Positions 27,837 to 35,998 of a DNA stretch of 64,000 nucleotides are shown here, piece after piece. A program made the position numbers and the translations under genes. The stretch's first letter is position 1; every line of letters begins with the position of its first letter. Location: sequence record NC_041972.1; one strand, written 5' to 3'. Under the pieces are notes generated by a model. It saw only the letters and a program-made list of their open reading frames with translations, was not told where the DNA came from and made no database searches.

Positions 27837-28606
27837 TCGATCGCAGTTTTGAAGGTGGCTGGGAGTCTATACTGCAATGGCATGGGTTTGCTGATCGTGC
27901 TAAACAGGGGCTGTCTGAGCACTTTGTTATCGTGGATTACGGAACCCAGGCAGAGGCCGCCGCTTTTGAGCAATTGACAGCGCTGGCGGAGAAAGTGAAG
28001 TATGTCTCAGTCGAGCGAGTTAAAGCCGTTGACTTTACCCCGACGCTTGTACGTACGCTACATGAACGTGAACATGGCTGGCATTACTGTCATGTCATGG
28101 GGCGATGTGGTTACGGCGGCCACGGGATAATGATCGGTGATAATGGCGGCTGGACAGGCGCGCACGGCGGTGCAGGTGATGCAGGTCAGCCCTCAACACC
28201 TGATGATGGCTCGATACTATACCAGACAGATTACAGTAGTCTCGGTATCCAGGACCGAGGATTTACTACGCTGCAAGACATGATGGAAAATGCCAGCCCT
28301 TACGATTACCCTCGGGAGATTCGTATAGTAGGGGATCGGCATGACCCGGATGTCAAAGCGTTAACGCAGGCGGTGATAAAGCTTGTTGGGCGTCGAGCTA
28401 TCAAAGTAGTTAGCATACCGCATGCCGACATGATGTATAGACCCGGCCCGCACCGAACGTATAACCTCGCGCCGGAGAAATACCGGGAGCGATTTGACAT
28501 TGCTTATAAACAAGCATTAGAAAATGTCAACAAGGCGGCCATCCTACCGTATGCCCGTGGGCCATTGCAGTCTGTTCTGGCGACTCAACGCAAGAAACAC
28601 TTTTAA
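27833..28606 (+). CDS. Hypothetical protein with Gly-rich central segment
   Basis: ATGA overlap; 257 aa. Confidence 0.65.
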   Translation: MIDRSFEGGWESILQWHGFADRAKQGLSEHFVIVDYGTQAEAAAFEQLTALAEKVKYVSVERVKAVDFTPTLVRTLHEREHGWHYCHVMGRCGYGGHGIMIGDNGGWTGAHGGAGDAGQPSTPDDGSILYQTDYSSLGIQDRGFTTLQDMMENASPYDYPREIRIVGDRHDPDVKALTQAVIKLVGRRAIKVVSIPHADMMYRPGPHRTYNLAPEKYRERFDIAYKQALENVNKAAILPYARGPLQSVLATQRKKHF

Positions 28607-28633
28607 TCAGTTCCCCTCAACAGGAGAGTAACC

Positions 28634-28939
28634 ATGTGTAACATGCGATCGGATTGGTTTGTAGAAGACGAACCGTCCATGAAGGAAAGTGATCCGCATT
28701 TCGACAACAAAGCAATGGATGGCTTGATGGCAAAGATCCGTGACTTTGTTAAAGAGAGTGATGCGGCGACCTATGTCCCGCAAGCCCTGTTTGGCGAAGC
28801 CGGTAAAGTTAACCTGTCCAAAGTGGCAGCAGTAACCCGTCCGGTCGATCACCTCATTACCCTGAACCCAGTGGCCAATGACGGTGATGTGTACCTGGAC
28901 TTCGCGCGAGGGAAGCGACGTGGATATAAACCCCACTGA
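28634..28939 (+). CDS. Hypothetical protein
   Basis: AGGAG RBS. Confidence 0.65.
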   Translation: MCNMRSDWFVEDEPSMKESDPHFDNKAMDGLMAKIRDFVKESDAATYVPQALFGEAGKVNLSKVAAVTRPVDHLITLNPVANDGDVYLDFARGKRRGYKPH

Positions 28940-29150
28940 AGTTAACATCGAGCAGGCCAATCGTTATGAGGGGTCTACCGATGATTTGGTCCAGCAAGCT
29001 AATGATCGTGGTTTTCTCCAGGGGATTCGTATCACTTCTGGCGAGGACATCGATCCAAGCATTTGGACGCCTGAGAAGATCGAAAAGTTGAAAGCTGCAC
29101 TTCGACATATTCGTGACTCAGAACAACGCATCAAAGGTAGCCAGGGGTAA
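28920..29150 (+). CDS. Hypothetical protein
   Basis: GAGGGA RBS before GTG 28920, in frame with track ORF 28878. Confidence 0.55.
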   Translation: MDINPTEVNIEQANRYEGSTDDLVQQANDRGFLQGIRITSGEDIDPSIWTPEKIEKLKAALRHIRDSEQRIKGSQG

Positions 29151-29168
29151 CACCCTGGCTTTATGCCG
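29139..29168 (+). terminator. Hairpin + TTATGCCG element
   Basis: AGCCAGGG-gtaaca-CCCTGGCT followed by TTATGCCG; overlaps the stop codon. Confidence 0.6.
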
Positions 29169-29188
29169 GTTTAACGAGGACGTGTAAC

Positions 29189-29644
29189 ATGGAATCGAGC
29201 GGTTTGATTACGCTGGCAATGGTCTTTTTAACCTTCGTCATTGGGTTATGTTGTTGGCTGACGCGTTTCATACGCTATCACACCAACCGCTACACCGTTG
29301 ACACCAAGAAGGCGTTAAAGCAATTTGCCTGTAAGCTTGAAAGAGTACTGGATGTCCCGCAGCCGTATTCGCTGGCACAAAGCGAAATGACAAGGCTGGA
29401 TAATGAACTGAACGCTTCTCTCTTCCTCTTTGAAGAGATCACAGGGAAGATCCACGATGAAACCAGTCGACTGTACCTGGAGTCAAGTTTCATGGTGGTG
29501 CGCGGCACTCAACACGATACCCCGATTCGTATCTGTGTGGCGAACACAATCTTCAGCCTGTCAACGACTAACCACAATCACCACAGCGTCATGAAGGTCA
29601 TCAACGACTTTAATAACCGCTTGGCTAAAATTGTAGAAAGTTAA
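29189..29644 (+). CDS. Membrane-anchored hypothetical protein
   Basis: GAGGA RBS; LITLAMVFLTFVIGLCCWL N-terminal TM segment followed by RFIR. Confidence 0.7.
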   Translation: MESSGLITLAMVFLTFVIGLCCWLTRFIRYHTNRYTVDTKKALKQFACKLERVLDVPQPYSLAQSEMTRLDNELNASLFLFEEITGKIHDETSRLYLESSFMVVRGTQHDTPIRICVANTIFSLSTTNHNHHSVMKVINDFNNRLAKIVES

Positions 29645-29648
29645 GCAC

Positions 29649-29682
29649 AGAAAAACTCAGACCTATATCACGCCCGTGATAG
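29649..29682 (+). promoter_or_regulatory. Putative phage early promoter (copy C)
   Basis: AGAAAAACTCAGACCTATATCAC-N5-TGATAG. Confidence 0.65.
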
Positions 29683-29719
29683 ACCCCTCAACCCCCATTA
29701 ATCTTAAGTGAGTTCAATC

Positions 29720-30160
29720 ATGAAATACGTTTACGCTATTATCGCTGTTCTTGGTTTCTCTTTTGTGTCTGTTGCATTTGCTGCAGATCAAACCAAAGTG
29801 GTGAAAGGCTGGTACGCCGAATACAACACGGCTTCGGTCCTGTATTCTGCTGGGCCAAAGAAAGGACAAGAATTGACCATGGAATGTGTATTAGGTGGTT
29901 GGACGTTTGCGTATGCAGACAAGATGGGCGAGGAGATAAACTCGGTCGATGATGACATGACAATCCTGGTCGACGGTGCAGCCTTTGCTGTGCCGAAGAC
30001 GCAGGGTCAACGTGAGAAGTTATACGCCGCCATTCAGCACGCTAAGAGTGGTATTCAATACAAGACCCACGCCTATGGTGCGTCGGTAGTATTCCCAGTG
30101 GATGGCTTGGCCGAGATGTTTCGTGACCTGCCGTTTGAAGTCAGCCCGTGCATGAGCTAA
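29720..30160 (+). CDS. Secreted/periplasmic protein with Sec signal peptide
   Basis: MKYVYAIIAVLGFSFVSVAFA|ADQ (basic N, hydrophobic core, AxA site); two Cys in the mature part. Confidence 0.75.
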   Translation: MKYVYAIIAVLGFSFVSVAFAADQTKVVKGWYAEYNTASVLYSAGPKKGQELTMECVLGGWTFAYADKMGEEINSVDDDMTILVDGAAFAVPKTQGQREKLYAAIQHAKSGIQYKTHAYGASVVFPVDGLAEMFRDLPFEVSPCMS

Positions 30161-30173
30161 AAGGAAAACAATT

Positions 30174-30875
30174 GTGATGATCCCTACCAAACAAATTAAA
30201 CGTAGCTACCGTCTGATCAAAGTGACTGCCGATGTAACACGGGATAACTGGATCGGGAAAGACATCGATTTCATTGTTCAGCCCAATAAAGACATGATCG
30301 ACGACACCACACGTGGTGGACCTAATCGCCTGCTCGCGACATACATCGTGCTGGGTAACCGTATTCCTGTAACCGTTAACAGCCATGCGACCATTACCCG
30401 GGAAGAAGGCTTGCAGGATCTGCAGGTCAGTATTGTCGATGGTCAGTCAAAATACATTGACATCAGTAATGTGCGTTACGTTGTGTCGTGTGAGTTAGAA
30501 GAGCACTTCACCTACACTCCACCAAAAGAACCTTCGCTACTTGATCAGCTGGTTGGCGGACCAATGGGTGACCCAGCCCATATGTTCATTATCGATGAAA
30601 ACTATAACGTCTTTGTCGGCACAGCGAACGATTCACAGGAAGATTATACCTTGGCTGGTCGTCTGATCAGTAACCTCGGTTCTCATGATGCTGAAGCTAA
30701 TGATTTGGAGATTATCGGCAGTTATCCTGATGACCAAGGTGACCACTATTACGTCTCCATTGACTGGAACAAGTCATTCATTTCCGGGATTTCCAACAAC
30801 GAGAAATGCGCATGGTTTAACCAACTCGATGCACTGGTAGCAATGTTACTGGAAAAGATTAAAGTTACAGTGTAA
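30174..30875 (+). CDS. Hypothetical protein
   Basis: AAGGA RBS; followed by hairpin and T-tract. Confidence 0.7.
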   Translation: MMIPTKQIKRSYRLIKVTADVTRDNWIGKDIDFIVQPNKDMIDDTTRGGPNRLLATYIVLGNRIPVTVNSHATITREEGLQDLQVSIVDGQSKYIDISNVRYVVSCELEEHFTYTPPKEPSLLDQLVGGPMGDPAHMFIIDENYNVFVGTANDSQEDYTLAGRLISNLGSHDAEANDLEIIGSYPDDQGDHYYVSIDWNKSFISGISNNEKCAWFNQLDALVAMLLEKIKVTV

Positions 30876-30885
30876 GTAATATCAG

Positions 30886-30916
30886 GCAGGGGGACTACTC
30901 TCTGCCTTTATTTTTT
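30886..30916 (+). terminator. Rho-independent terminator
   Basis: GGCAGGGG-gactac-TCTCTGCC followed by TTTATTTTTT. Confidence 0.65.
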
Positions 30917-30990
30917 GTGGTATTCTGCCACAGAAAACTACTGGCCATACTGCCAGTGGTATTCACTCAATAGACTGTGAGGAATAAACG

Positions 30991-31548
30991 ATGTTTGATA
31001 AAATTGAAGGATTGGCTGATGTGATCGAGCTGAAGTACGGCTTGCTTGATATCACCTATCACCGCGATAACGACAAAGACCTCTATGCCGATGTCTTTTA
31101 TAAAGACACACGCTTGTCAAGCCGGCGTGACCTGACCGATGCCCTGGACTACGCTTATATCGGTGTGCGGTTGTGTAACCCTCAGTTCGGTGCCTGGTGT
31201 TATGGTGCTGAGCGTGAGTTGGTCATGTCGCATTTAATGGACGCATTGAGAATGGTGGGTAAGCCTGCACCCAGGGCGGTTGAAGACTCACGGTTAAAGA
31301 CAGGGATTCATCGTACCATTCAGCTGCTTGCCGAGAACGGTAACCTGCATCCGAAAGAGGATGATATCCGCATCACGATCCATCGTGCGGCGCGAGTGGA
31401 CTACGGTTCAACAGATACCATCGAAACAACCATCAGCATGACCAACCATGATATTACTATTAGTAAGCGACGGATTGAGTGTGTTAGTGGTGAGATGCGG
31501 GATTTACAAGCATGGGCGCGTAAGTTATATGCGAGACACTTTGAATAA
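30991..31548 (+). CDS. Hypothetical protein
   Basis: GAGGA RBS; 185 aa. Confidence 0.7.
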   Translation: MFDKIEGLADVIELKYGLLDITYHRDNDKDLYADVFYKDTRLSSRRDLTDALDYAYIGVRLCNPQFGAWCYGAERELVMSHLMDALRMVGKPAPRAVEDSRLKTGIHRTIQLLAENGNLHPKEDDIRITIHRAARVDYGSTDTIETTISMTNHDITISKRRIECVSGEMRDLQAWARKLYARHFE

Positions 31549-31558
31549 CGAGGTAGCT

Positions 31559-31960
31559 ATGGGTAGTGCGTACTGTAAGGTTGTGGCAATCCACAGCATC
31601 TATGTGCACAGTGCAGCGATGGAAGCGGTATCCGCTAAATACAGGAGCTGTTTTCGTTTGGCGTATAACTTCGTGAATGCTACGCAGTTAGCCCAACAGC
31701 TACGGCTTGCCGTGAAGAACAGCGAAATCCTGATTGTCGATACCAGTGACTTTACTCGCCGGGCACTTAACAATCTTAATGAGCAGTTCTACTGCATCTA
31801 TCCGGGTGAGGAACAACATTCCGATATGTCAATCAAGCATCAGCGTAACTGTCGCATGACGCCTGACTGTATTCATATCGAAATTCAAAACCTCAGCGAC
31901 TTTGAGCGCTTAAACTGGGAAATTCGACCCGATGCAGGGTTAAGGATATCACGCCGTTAG
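31559..31960 (+). CDS. Hypothetical protein
   Basis: GAGGT RBS before ATG 31559, in frame with track ORF 31448. Confidence 0.6.
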   Translation: MGSAYCKVVAIHSIYVHSAAMEAVSAKYRSCFRLAYNFVNATQLAQQLRLAVKNSEILIVDTSDFTRRALNNLNEQFYCIYPGEEQHSDMSIKHQRNCRMTPDCIHIEIQNLSDFERLNWEIRPDAGLRISRR

Positions 31961-31962
31961 AA

Positions 31963-32001
31963 CGGCATATAGGCCCTCCGTAACGGAGGGCCTTTTATGA
32001 C
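31963..32001. terminator. Bidirectional hairpin with TATG motifs on both sides (convergent junction)
   Basis: CGGCATAT-AGGCCCTCCG-taa-CGGAGGGCCT-TTTATGAC. Confidence 0.7.
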
Positions 32002-32023
32002 ATCTTTTTTTTGGTTTACAGCG

Positions 32024-32470
32024 TTATACCAGGCGCTGAGTTAACTGCGAACTATATTGAATAGCGTGATAGGTCGCAGGTTTCTCAAGCTGCTCGGTGC
32101 AGCGGTAGACCGGGGTCTTCATAAAAGGACAACCGGCATTCATTAATGCCTCACGGTTGCTGGGCGACTCATCAACGCGAATCACCACATCCGTGGACTG
32201 GAAGCCAAAGACTTCCCGCTTCGTTGCAGTATATTCTGCATCCAGCACCACGATCTTACGGTTGATCACCAGCTTCACGGCCACCGGGTATTTGATTACC
32301 AGGTCTGACCCTAAGCCCGCCAAGACAAACTTAATGACAAACTTCTTAAGTCCATTTAGCAACTGACTCTCACTGGCCCAACTTTTAACAATCTGCAGCA
32401 TGTGTGTATTTCCACTCATATAAGGGGAAGTTAAGAAAAGCAACCTGAGGGTCCGTCCGTGATCCCTCAT
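32024..32470 (-). CDS. Hypothetical protein, last gene of the reverse late operon
   Basis: 148-aa ORF; start uncertain (32470 or 32419). Confidence 0.55.
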   Translation of the reverse strand: MRDHGRTLRLLFLTSPYMSGNTHMLQIVKSWASESQLLNGLKKFVIKFVLAGLGSDLVIKYPVAVKLVINRKIVVLDAEYTATKREVFGFQSTDVVIRVDESPSNREALMNAGCPFMKTPVYRCTEQLEKPATYHAIQYSSQLTQRLV

Positions 32471-32476
32471 AATGTA

Positions 32477-32941
32477 TTACTTCATACCGTCCAACTGCTT
32501 TTGAAGTTCCTTTAACTGACGGCTTGCATCCGGCGTCTCGGCGTCATGATCTCTGATCGCTTCAATAAACGACTTCCGTTTGCAATAAGGATACTTCATC
32601 CATTTATCAAATGACAAACCAAATTTGCCCAAGATATCCGCACGCAGATATTCGAGCTCATACTTTCGATACCCAACTAACGCCAGCGAGTCTTCCTGCT
32701 CGACCTGTAAGATTAACGAGAGCGGCGAGGTTTCCACGTTATGGTCAATAATCCCAAACGTGTCATCGTAAAGCTCTGTTAATCGAATTAGTGGATACTC
32801 CCAGTTCTCGGTAAGAAACGTGGGGTTTTCTAACGCGACATCCCAGGCATCGGACCGATCACTTTCGGACAGACCGAAATCCCAATGGATTAGATGTCGG
32901 CTTGATCGAACGTCTGATTCAGTGTATTCGTCATTAGGGTA
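32477..32941 (-). CDS. Start-less ORF; predicted C-terminal extension of the upstream chaperone-like protein via -1 frameshift
   Basis: No RBS-supported start; the frame opens across the T8 run; ILGKFGLSFDKWMKYPYCKRKSFIEAI resembles the short helical domain of tail-chaperone gpT/P2 E'-type extensions. Confidence 0.65.
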   Translation of the reverse strand, partial: YPNDEYTESDVRSSRHLIHWDFGLSESDRSDAWDVALENPTFLTENWEYPLIRLTELYDDTFGIIDHNVETSPLSLILQVEQEDSLALVGYRKYELEYLRADILGKFGLSFDKWMKYPYCKRKSFIEAIRDHDAETPDASRQLKELQKQLDGMK

Positions 32942-34509
32942 AAAAAAACCCGTGCTACGTTCAGCGGGGTGTACGCAGGGAAGGTATTGCTCACCAGCGG
33001 CTGACGCGCCTGGCAGTTCGGGCATTTCCAACGCGGCACCGCAACCACACCGACCGTTACCCGGTTGATGAACTTGTTCAGCTCTTCAAAGAACGGTTTA
33101 CGCATATCCGGGGTTGCACTGAATTGCTTCAGCAGTAATGCCACGTCATCGGCCGACTCAACATAGTTGCCGTCGTTGAACTCGATCTTGGTCACCCAGT
33201 GGGCGTAACCGCGCATGGAGGACAGCGCTGCCTGTTTGTTGATGTGCTGCTCACGCTGCTCACGCGTCATGCTGTCGTTGAAGCTGTCGGTGATCGCTTG
33301 TTGAATACCGTTGATCCAGGCATAACCCGCTGCATTCTTATCTTCGAGTGATGGCACCCGCAGATAGAACTTCACATCTTTCACAGTGATGACATTGTCT
33401 TTCATCACTTCAAAGCCGGTCTGGTAGGCAATGACCTGCTCGACGGTACGGCCGCTGAAGTGAGACATGTGCGCACGCTGGGTTGGTGACAGACGATTGT
33501 TGTCAATGATCGACAGACGAGAGACGTTAACTTTCGCTGCTTCAACATGCACACACTTCTTCGGATCGGCGGCACAGGCAGTGACCATGTGGTAGCCAGA
33601 CTTAAAGCGTGCGCCCAGGTAGGCGTTAGCGATCAGATCAAGATCCTGCTCTTTGATTAACGGCAGCAGGGTTTTCTTATCGGAGACACCGATGCTGCTG
33701 TCAGTGACCATACCCAACAGGAAGTCAGTCATGTGCTTACGTACCACGACATCCAGGTTGTTAAACACCAGACCGTTGGTGCGACGACCGAGGATCGCTT
33801 TCTCAGCCATGATGGCGGTTTGCATATCCACAAACTCATCATCACCGGCAATCAGCAATGTGACCCAGATACCAGAATGTGGCAGCGGCAGATGGACATA
33901 GTCACCCATGTTCATCACGCCACGTGCCCGCATCACCGCCTGTGGGCCGGTCAGCAGTTTAGTGCCTTCGGTACTGCGCTTCACTGGCGGGCGAGAGACA
34001 CCCTGCACTTTGTTGCTGTCAAGCAGAATACCCTGCAACCACTGCGCACCATCTTGACGAATGGTCAGGTTCAGACCAGAACGGTACGACAGGTTGGTGA
34101 TGGCGTTACTGGCCAGGGATAGCCAGATCATCGCTTTATCAGCACCGTATAGACTGACGATCTCTTTTAAGATCTTCTTGTCTTCGGTGTTGGTGTCGAT
34201 CTCATTGATCAGCGCCGTCGCTGCATCGTAATCCTGATGCATAATAGACAGCACACCTTCCGTGCCGACATCCTCCATGGAATTCAGCTTTTCAATGATC
34301 GGGTTCTGATAGAGCGGATCGAATGCCTGCTCAACGGCTTCAGCTTCGGGTGCTTCGGCATCGCCCTGTTGGCCGGCTTCTGCTGGCTCGGGATCGGTGC
34401 CGATAGTACCAGTAGTCGCCGGACGACCTGGATCAACTTCAGGAATACCAGAGTGGTTTTCTTCAACAGGCTCTTGCTGTGACAGAATGGATGGGTTATC
34501 ACCGGACAT
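32890..34509 (-). CDS. Baseplate hub assembly / tail chaperone-like protein (T4 gp26-like C-terminus)
   Basis: AAGGA RBS; acidic N-terminus; CAADPKKC and WKCPNC Cys motifs; FYLRVPS and terminal ...VFF reminiscent of gp26-type chaperones. Confidence 0.6.
   Translation of the reverse strand: MSGDNPSILSQQEPVEENHSGIPEVDPGRPATTGTIGTDPEPAEAGQQGDAEAPEAEAVEQAFDPLYQNPIIEKLNSMEDVGTEGVLSIMHQDYDAATALINEIDTNTEDKKILKEIVSLYGADKAMIWLSLASNAITNLSYRSGLNLTIRQDGAQWLQGILLDSNKVQGVSRPPVKRSTEGTKLLTGPQAVMRARGVMNMGDYVHLPLPHSGIWVTLLIAGDDEFVDMQTAIMAEKAILGRRTNGLVFNNLDVVVRKHMTDFLLGMVTDSSIGVSDKKTLLPLIKEQDLDLIANAYLGARFKSGYHMVTACAADPKKCVHVEAAKVNVSRLSIIDNNRLSPTQRAHMSHFSGRTVEQVIAYQTGFEVMKDNVITVKDVKFYLRVPSLEDKNAAGYAWINGIQQAITDSFNDSMTREQREQHINKQAALSSMRGYAHWVTKIEFNDGNYVESADDVALLLKQFSATPDMRKPFFEELNKFINRVTVGVVAVPRWKCPNCQARQPLVSNTFPAYTPLNVARVFFTLMTNTLNQTFDQADI
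32941..32951 (-). other. Predicted -1 programmed frameshift slippery site (GGG TTTTTTTT; U UUU UUU in zero frame)
   Basis: Minus strand reads CGG GTT TTT TTT ACC (R V F F T); the -1 frame reads TTT TTT TAC CCT (F F Y P) and stays open for 154 codons. Confidence 0.65.
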
Positions 34510-34526
34510 TATGCTTATCCTTACCT

Positions 34527-34994
34527 TTACTTTTTAGTGGGGTCGACCTGAACCGGGTCATTGAGTTTGCTTGCTGCGCCAGCGGCAACCGCGTTAGCAT
34601 GGGCGCTGTCTGACATGGTCAGAATGGCAGCACCGTGACGCTGCATCGCATCCAGCAATTTACTCTGCAGGACGATGTATTGTTCGTGCACACTGAGGAA
34701 GTCAGCGATGGTGCTGTCATGCAAGGCATAACCGGTTTTGCCTTGATGCTGCTGCTTGATCAACGGCAGTGTTTCATCGATCTCTTTGACTACAGCCAGC
34801 GCCGCTTCGATGTGCGAGCTTAACGCAGAGGGGTTTGGCTGAAAGCGAATGATGTTGGTGTTGACGGCCATGAGACAAGTATTGCTCAGCTCATTGCGCA
34901 AATTAATCGTATAAGTTGCCGCAGAATCCAGGTACTCCCAGAACTGATCGGGCTGATGGACCTCTGGTGCGAGAGGCGGTTCATTGGTTGACAT
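34527..34994 (-). CDS. Conserved helical hypothetical protein
   Basis: AAGGA RBS; first gene of the reverse operon. Confidence 0.7.
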   Translation of the reverse strand: MSTNEPPLAPEVHQPDQFWEYLDSAATYTINLRNELSNTCLMAVNTNIIRFQPNPSALSSHIEAALAVVKEIDETLPLIKQQHQGKTGYALHDSTIADFLSVHEQYIVLQSKLLDAMQRHGAAILTMSDSAHANAVAAGAASKLNDPVQVDPTKK

Positions 34995-35028
34995 AACGGG
35001 TCCTTGAGGTGATTTATCTTGTGGCTTA

Positions 35029-35032
35029 CATA
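35029..35032 (-). promoter_or_regulatory. Candidate late-promoter TATG core
   Basis: AATATATGTAAG on the minus strand about 35 nt upstream of the 34994 start. Confidence 0.3.
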
Positions 35033-35086
35033 TATTGACACTACTAATGTCAACAATTACAACGTTTATACGGAAAAGGCGCGGTC

Positions 35087-35998
35087 ATGAGTGATTTTAC
35101 TGACTTAACGAAATTGAAGACCGAATTACCACAAAACATCCAAAAGATTGATGAGCAGGATGATGTGGGTGACTTCAGCGATCTTAACGACTACCTCATG
35201 ACCATCATTCCGGATGAACGGCGTGAGCGCTTGATCGCGATCTGTCAAAACTTGAGCACCCTGCAGTACCATCAAGTCCAGCCCGATGTGGATCGGTTAC
35301 TGATGATGGCTAACGACGGTGAAGCGCCGTCGGTACTCGATGACCTGACCCGGTTGTTATTTGAACACGCTTATGACTTAACGAAAAACATGGGCTTTAA
35401 CTGGGCTGATGAGATTGAGTTTGATCAGCTGTTCCTGCTCGGTGATGTAATCGAAGGTGCCATGTTGATTGATGGCATGGAAGACTACGGCGACCTCTCA
35501 GCGATCCTGGATGGCGATGACTCGGTTGAAGAGAAGGTGGTGGATATCTGGGGCCTGGTGCTCGACAAAGACATGCACCATCTCTTTGAACAAATCCAGT
35601 CCATCGAACCGGCAGTGATCAGCGGGATCAAACAAGTCACGACCCGCCCGTATGCCGAAGACGATTATGCAGATGTGCAACGTCCACTTGAGTTCGTGGT
35701 TGAGCGGTTGGTGAAAGTCCGTGAGATGATGAAGACCGATGGCATTGCTTACCAGCATGTGGCCAAGGGCGGGGCATTAGGCGTTGAACTCGATTCACTG
35801 ATTACGCTATACACCCCTGAGTTGAATGCCGTAACCGATCCGATCGAACTGACCGACCTGCTGGTTGCCTTTACCCTGATCAGCAACACCCCAGATGGTT
35901 TGGTGAAATCCACCGCATCCCGGCTGGCAGAAAAATGGATTGATGATATCGAAGTCATCAATGTGGTAGGTAAACATATCGACAGGTATCCCGTGTGA
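35087..35998 (+). CDS. Conserved acidic protein (phiKZ gp79-like, probable virion component)
   Basis: 303 aa, very Asp/Glu-rich; overlaps the start of the vRNAP subunit (GTGA). Confidence 0.65.
   Translation: MSDFTDLTKLKTELPQNIQKIDEQDDVGDFSDLNDYLMTIIPDERRERLIAICQNLSTLQYHQVQPDVDRLLMMANDGEAPSVLDDLTRLLFEHAYDLTKNMGFNWADEIEFDQLFLLGDVIEGAMLIDGMEDYGDLSAILDGDDSVEEKVVDIWGLVLDKDMHHLFEQIQSIEPAVISGIKQVTTRPYAEDDYADVQRPLEFVVERLVKVREMMKTDGIAYQHVAKGGALGVELDSLITLYTPELNAVTDPIELTDLLVAFTLISNTPDGLVKSTASRLAEKWIDDIEVINVVGKHIDRYPV

Noticed and set aside
30931-30960. Another early-promoter copy (CAGAAAACTACTGGCCATACTGCC)
   Set aside because: Only the AGAAAA and GCC parts match; the region is better explained as an inverted repeat ACTACTGGC/GCCAGTGGT.
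32950-33031. Independent start (TTG 33031, MEMPEL...) for the 184-aa ORF
   Set aside because: It lies inside the Cys-motif coding region of the upstream gene with no RBS; a frameshift entry at the T8 run explains the overlap better.
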